This document shows, in pieces, positions 60,101 through 64,000 of a stretch of DNA of 64,000 bases. The DNA comes from Torpedo marmorata (taxonomy: Eukaryota): assembly GCA_977017645.1 (NCBI GenBank), contig OZ360253.1, positions 34,534,001 to 34,598,000 of the forward strand, in the 5' to 3' direction. Below the pieces are notes generated by a model, which saw nothing but the letters and a program-made list of their open reading frames with translations, made no database searches and was not told the DNA's origin. The stretch's first letter is position 1, and each line of letters begins with the position of its first letter. The position numbers and the translations under genes were made by a program.

Positions 60101-63100
60101 GAATGGAGAGGGGGGGGAGCCGGAGAGGGGAGTGGGAATAAGGGGGGGAGCCGGAGAGGGGAGTAGGAAGAAGGGGGGGGAGCCGGGGAGGGGAGTTGGA
60201 AGTCGGGGAATGGGGAATGGGGAGCAGGGGGGAGGGGAGGTGGGGAGCCGGGGGACGGGGAGGGGAGTGGGGAGCGGGTAGCCGGAGAGTGACTGTGTTT
60301 CTCCAGTTCCCTCCCACATCCCAGACACGTGGGTCGTTACTATAAATTGCCCCCAATGCATGGGGCTGACATGGAATCTGGTGGGAAATTAAGACCACAA
60401 TAGGAGGATAACCTGCGATGTGGAGACCACCAGCAGGGATGTGGGCCGAAGGGCCTGTTTTTACACCGTGTCTGACTGTGACTCTGTTGGGGATTACGAG
60501 GCATTAAAACAAAGAGAACCAATCTTCATAAAATCAGGTCTAATGTAGGTTGCACTCTGCGACCAGTTGTGTAACAAACAGTCTTGTGAACAGTCTTGGC
60601 CCACAGCATGGGCCACTTAACACAAGACAATGGGGCTGTGTTAAATGACCTACATAAAACCAGGCTTGTTGCCATGACAACTCCACCTCCGTGCAGGAGG
60701 AATTAGGGAAGCACTATTATTGCTGACCTTGCTTGGGCCACGTCCCAAGATCAGATGAATTAAAAAATCCATCAAGACTGCTGGTTATATCGAACAATTC
60801 TATCAGGTTCACCCCGAACTTCTCCAAACCACATAATGAACTTCAGCATCTCCCAGTCTCTCGACCACCGGGGGAAATGCACAAAATCCACAGGGGTTTG
60901 CGACATTTTAATTAGTGAGAATAACAGCCTGCGTCGACAGGAACTGACAACTCGACTGTGGTGGCCAGGATCAGCAATGGCACCGGCATTGTATGGACAC
61001 TCATTGGTCTTTCTCTCGGGATCCCGTTGGGTGGTCCAGGCCGATGAATCAATGGGCTCATTGTTTGTACAACATTGGGACAAATTTCAGGGGCTGCGAA
61101 GAAGGGTCCTCACTGTACCAGAGACGGCCTGATTCCACCACGGAGACCACTGAGAAACTCAACAGTCGCCAGGAATTCGGGCTCTGTGGCTCGTTGATGG
61201 AGAACTTTACAGTCCACACCTCCGGCCACGTTCCCCAACGACCTGTGGGTTGAAAGGAAAGCAGAATCAAGAGACCCAATCAACACCAGGCACTCGTCAC
61301 AGTCAAGACCCAATCAGCACCAAGCACTTGGCACAGCCGACCCAATCTGCACCAAGCACTCGGCACAGCCAAGACCCAATCAGCATCAGGCACAGGGCAG
61401 CCAAGACTCAATCAGCATCAGGCACAGGGCAGCCAAGACCCAATCAGCATCAGGCACAGGGCAGCCAAGACTCAATCAGCATCAGGCACAGGGCAGCCAA
61501 GACCCAATCAGCATCAGGCACAGGGCAACCAAGACCCAATCAGCATCAGGCACAGGGCAACCAAGACCCAATCAGCATCAGGCACAGGGCAGACAATGCT
61601 CATGTAAAGGAGGCTAGGCCCTTCCAACTTTCCCAATCAGATGTGTTTCAAGGAGTCACCCTCTGGCCCCGAGTTCGAAGGCTCCCATTACCCACACTGA
61701 CGTCCCAGCCAAGTACTGAGGGAATGCAGCAGGCAGCACCGTGGGAGGTTCACCCTGTCTGACGAAATCTTTCTGCTCTTGTCAGTGTAAAAGAGTCAAG
61801 GCTTCACCGGAACAAAGTGCAACTGCTCCGGGTCCCCTCCTCATCCCCAGTCTCACCTCTCCTCATTCCCCGTCTCTCCCCGTCCCACCCCTCCTCATTC
61901 CCTAGTCTCTCCCCGTCCCACCCCTCCTCATTCCCCAGTCTCCCCCCGTCTCACCCCTCCTCATCCCCCGTCTCTCCCCTCCTCATCCCCCGTCTCTCCC
62001 CTCCTCATCTCCGTCTCTCCCCATCCCACCCCTCCTCATCCCCAGTCTCCTCGTCCCACTCTCCCCATCCCGTCTCCCTGTATCCAGCCTCCCTGTCCCC
62101 ACCCTCCCCGTCCCAACCCTCCTCATCCCCACCCTCCCCATCCCATACCCACCCTCCCCGTCGCACCCCTCCCCGTCCCCACTCTCCCCGTCCCCCCTGT
62201 CCCACCCCTCCCCGTCCCCACTCTCCCCGTCCCCACCCTCCCCGTCCCCACTCTCCCCGTCCCCACTCTCCCCGTCCACACCCCTCCCCGTCCCCACTCT
62301 CCCCGTCCCCACCCCTCCCCATCCCCACCCCTCCCCATCCACACCCCTCCCCATCCACACCCCTCCCCATCCACACCCCTCCCCGTCCCCACTCTCCCCG
62401 TCCCCACCGCACCCCTCCCCGTCGCACCTCTCCTCGTCCCCTCTCCCCGTCCCACCCCTCCTCGTCCCCACTCTCCCCGTCCCCACTCTCCCCGTCCCCA
62501 CCCTCCTCGTCCCCACTCTCCCCGTCGCACCCCTCCTCGTCCCCACTCTCCCCGTCCCCACTCTCCCCGTCCCCCCGTCCCCACTCTCCCCGTCCCCACC
62601 CTCCTCATCCCCACTCTCCCCGTCCCACCCCTCCTCGTCCCCACTCTCCCCGTCCCACCCCTCCTCGTCCCCACTCTCCTCGTCCCCTCTCCCCGTCGCA
62701 CCCCTCCTCGTCCCCTCTCCCCGTCCCACCCCTCCTCGTCCCCACCCTCCCCGTCCCACCCCTCCTCGTCCCCACTCTCCCTGTCGCACTAACCCCCTCC
62801 TGGAAGCCCCACAAACGTGCAGTTATTTCTACTCACAGAAAGGAATCATTTGTTACGTTTGACGCTTCCTGAAGCTTCTTGAAAATAAACTGGACCTGAA
62901 ATGACAAAAAAAATTTGTAAGCAAGTGACTACGTGATTCTACACTCGACTTTTCCATGTTAATCTGCTGTTTTAATCTTGGCCACAGGCACTCTCCACAT
63001 AAACGCAAACACAAGGCTCAGGAGGGGGAAAGAGCGGAGATATAGAGTTGTAGAGCACACAGCAAGGTCACATCCATGCCGATCTATTGACCATCTTAAC

Positions 63101-63679
63101 GAATTTGTCTGTATTCTTCCATACCAATTCTTCCAGGCCAATAAGAAGAAAGCAATCCACAAAACCTTCTCCCGTCAAAACGAGACCAGGACCTAACCTG
63201 AACCTACACATTTTCCATTGCAATAACCAGGGAGATTATTGACAAGATAAATTCCACCCCTGGTGCTCACCTTCTGCACAAGGAGCACGCAATGGGGAGT
63301 GGAAGGGGAACTGGGGGTGTGGGGAAAGCGTCTAGAGAAGATCGGAGGGAGAAGGAGAAAGGAGGTTGGGGTGGAGGATGGGGCTAGGAAATGACTCAAG
63401 GAAAATAGAAAGACAAAATCATCCTTCTAGCCAAAAAGTAAAGTTAGATACGTAGCTGGTGTTTCTCCCCACTCTGACGGAGGGCTAACTGAAGGACAGT
63501 GATGGGCAGAAACTTCACAAACCGAGTTCACCAACCTGGTGCTGTGACCACGCCCAGTCTCCGAACAGGCCACGGTTTCTCAGGAAGGTCTCAGGATCAA
63601 AGGCGAGGACTTTCAAGGGGACAAATGGAATCAGGCAGCCAAACCGGGCGAGCTGCCTCCCGTCATCACTACCCTGGGT
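36088..63679 (-). CDS. STRC: Stereocilin, 3' part (last 15 coding exons, 655 aa); gene continues beyond the window
   Basis: Fifteen GT-AG exons join in frame (1968 nt including stop). The translation is colinear with the recalled human STRC C-terminal region (TFPAAWS, LQLGR, FGPVSKWGAEIFTEIG, EQRRA). CKMT1-STRC linkage is conserved. Confidence 0.92.
37224..37458 (-). mobile_element. V-SINE (HE1-like)
   Basis: Reverse complement of the consensus. Confidence 0.85.
37589..37736 (-). CDS. STRC: STRC penultimate exon (VVFSADQLS...EQRRALSAAQYDGELHQEQR)
   Basis: 148 nt; donor gtatgt. Confidence 0.92.
39773..39870 (-). CDS. STRC: STRC exon (GLADMVLSALVEEQIEGLTPSAISLLLPGKFA)
   Basis: 98 nt; donor gtgagt. 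Confidence 0.92.
40232..41142. mobile_element. PIF/Harbinger-like non-autonomous element (long form)
   Basis: TIRs AGGCCTTTTCACACC / GGTGTGAAAAGGCCT; 3-bp TSD ACT. Confidence 0.8.
41146..41514. mobile_element. PIF/Harbinger-like MITE (short form of the same family)
   Basis: TIRs AGGTCCTTTCACACC / GGTGTGAAAGGGCCT; flanks ACT and ATT. Confidence 0.8.
41687..43011. mobile_element. Non-autonomous hAT element, 1325 bp
   Basis: TIRs CAGTGGCGTAGC / GCTACGCCCTTG; perfect 8-bp TSD CCCTCTGT. Confidence 0.85.
43224..43372 (-). CDS. STRC: STRC exon (KAVLFIGELKLRCSEDQLE...WGAEIFTEIGSIA)
   Basis: 149 nt; strongly conserved motif. Confidence 0.93.
43668..44130 (+). mobile_element. CR1-clade LINE 3' fragment
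   Basis: LAYEERLSRLGLYSLEFRRMRGDLIE. Confidence 0.88.
44796..44938 (-). CDS. STRC: STRC exon (RKAVLGRFLRQ...ALGHFICG...EEL)
   Basis: 143 nt; phases fit. Confidence 0.9.
45316..46332. repeat. G-rich minisatellite (GGGTTACGGGAGGAGG...), about 18-25-bp units
   Basis: Direct inspection. Confidence 0.95.
46645..46800 (-). CDS. STRC: STRC exon (LYGPV...LQLGR...EWSMKQ)
   Basis: 156 nt; donor gtaatg. Confidence 0.92.
47447..47682 (+). mobile_element. V-SINE (HE1-like)
   Basis: Same consensus. Confidence 0.85.
47925..48189 (-). mobile_element. V-SINE (HE1-like), inverted relative to the copy at 47447
   Basis: Reverse complement of the consensus. Confidence 0.85.
48590..48921 (-). mobile_element. 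Rex1/Babar-like LINE 3' fragment
   Basis: Similar to the 3' ends of the copies at 5882 and 34212. Confidence 0.75.
49668..49837 (-). CDS. STRC: STRC exon (GSPRCIDIKATFPAAWS...TKAKH)
   Basis: 170 nt; TFPAAWS and GDP motifs. Confidence 0.92.
50095..51938. repeat. 36-38-bp minisatellite, about 1.85 kb
   Basis: Unit GGGGGTACAGACGCTCTCCCCCACCCCGTTCCCCATGT. Confidence 0.95.
51950..52127 (-). CDS. STRC: STRC exon (EVLTPETVELVL...VGRLC...ARRR)
   Basis: 178 nt; ggcag| and |gtcagt. Confidence 0.85.
52835..53450 (+). mobile_element. Chapaev3-like (CMC) DNA transposon deletion derivative, copy 1
   Basis: TIRs CACTGGACAA / TTGTCCAGTG; transposase C-terminus MSLKIHFLHSHLDFFP..LGAVSDEHGERFHQDI. Confidence 0.75.
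53670..53760 (-). CDS. STRC: STRC exon (AASGWNLSQVEYVDRLVLTLAPEDIHQLSK)
   Basis: 91 nt; phases fit. Confidence 0.85.
53828..54165 (+). mobile_element. CR1-clade LINE 3' fragment
   Basis: [16 protein letters not shown]. Confidence 0.8.
54525..55110 (+). mobile_element. Penelope-like element 3' fragment
   Basis: Same GIY-YIG C-terminus (VANHFN...LGTLQPDGIN) and terminal sequence as the copy at 25380. Confidence 0.8.
55306..55505 (-). CDS. STRC: STRC exon (GVGTEDEISGEVMDSLGPLLAF...GWMLTKEDVL)
   Basis: 200 nt; SGEV..LGPL motif; absent from the ORF track. Confidence 0.88.
55651..56087 (-). mobile_element. CR1-clade LINE 3' fragment
   Basis: Reverse complement closely matches the copy at 14171-14630. 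Confidence 0.8.
57103..57195. repeat. Short GC-rich 24-bp tandem repeat (about 4 copies)
   Basis: GCGCCCRACGGCCTCCCCGTCGCA-like units. Confidence 0.7.
57378..57624 (-). mobile_element. LINE 3' end (Rex1-like), third copy
   Basis: Reverse complement of the 13200-family 3'UTR. Confidence 0.75.
58086..58221 (-). CDS. STRC: STRC exon (LKILNRLPNDS...LAERALQLL)
   Basis: 136 nt; LAERALQ motif. Confidence 0.88.
58299..58913 (+). mobile_element. Chapaev3-like (CMC) DNA transposon deletion derivative, copy 2
   Basis: Near-identical to copy 1; 3-bp TSD CAA. Confidence 0.78.
59632..59723 (-). CDS. STRC: STRC exon (RKCLIKELSRW...SEVVADLP)
   Basis: 92 nt; tgcag| and |gtgagt. Confidence 0.85.
59800..60290. 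repeat. G-rich low-complexity tract
   Basis: GGGGAGCCGGAGAGGGG-like units. Confidence 0.8.
61119..61242 (-). CDS. STRC: STRC exon (SLGNVAGGVDCKVL...GGIRPSL)
   Basis: 124 nt; splice phases compatible with both neighbours. Confidence 0.87.
61268..61590. repeat. 32-bp minisatellite
   Basis: Unit CAAGACCCAATCAGCATCAGGCACAGGGCAGC. Confidence 0.9.
61833..62790. repeat. C-rich low-complexity tract of about 15-bp units
   Basis: (CCCCACTCTCCCCGT)-like units. Confidence 0.9.
62837..62895 (-). CDS. STRC: STRC exon (VQFIFKKLQEASNVTNDSF)
   Basis: 59 nt; tttcag| and |gtgagt; resembles human AQFLWKKMQ. Confidence 0.85.
63536..63679 (-). CDS. STRC: STRC exon (TQGSDDGRQLARFGCLIPFVPLKVL...WAWSQHQ)
   Basis: Acceptor ctacag, donor gttggt; 144 nt; resembles the human CLLPLLPLK...WSEQQ segment; the acceptor could instead lie 6 nt further in. 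Confidence 0.8.
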
Positions 63680-64000
63680 CTGTAGAAGATATCAAAGCAA
63701 AGAGCCGCTGTCATCTGCTCACGCGTGGATTCCACAACCCGTGAGACACCGTTACCCCCATCCCTCCATCTCCTTTCCTGAAGTTCTTTCCAGTTTCCCC
63801 AAAAACGGGGAAATAACTTTGGAAGCAGAACAATCCTTTCATTCTCAGTGGCACAATAATGGTGATAACGAGCAGTTTATTGTCATACACAAATGTACAT
63901 GTACCCAAAATTTTAACTTGCTGCAGCCAAACAGATACTACACAAAAAATACAACTACAATAGTATGCTTACATTACAAAAGAGAAAATAAATACAAATA

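Noticed and set aside
61817-62872. Pro-rich extensin-like ORF (also 59628-60398 and 19044-19559)
   Set aside because: Low-complexity C- or G-rich tracts; only the end of the 59628 ORF is a true STRC exon.
63271-63330. Possible additional STRC exon ending AAG|GTGAGC
   Set aside because: The flanking exons already join colinearly (WSQHQ|VQFIFKK, matching recalled WSEQQ|AQFLWKK) and the peptide shows no similarity.

Overview
Vertebrate genomic DNA with introns, most likely from a cartilaginous fish (HE1/V-SINE-like SINEs plus CR1, Rex1 and Penelope fragments typical of sharks and rays; the species cannot be fixed from the sequence). I reconstructed three protein-coding genes by hand. (1) A complete mitochondrial creatine kinase, CKMT1 (U-type), on the + strand: 9 coding exons, 511..19739, 417 aa. 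(2) An intact class A orphan GPCR on the - strand with a single coding exon, 27274..28659, 461 aa. (3) The last 15 coding exons (655 aa) of stereocilin, STRC, on the - strand, 36088..63679; the gene continues past the window end. CKMT1 and STRC are tail-to-tail neighbours in human, with no receptor gene between them as far as I recall. The unassigned GPCR in this interval has Arg at 3.36, no P5.50, a DPxxY motif and a uORF-laden leader, and is the best candidate for something undescribed. The rest is intron or intergenic sequence packed with LINE fragments, V-SINEs, hAT/Tigger/Harbinger MITEs, two Chapaev3-like elements and many minisatellites. Most long ORFs in the supplied track are artefacts of these repeats. 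Family assignments rest on recalled motifs, not database searches.
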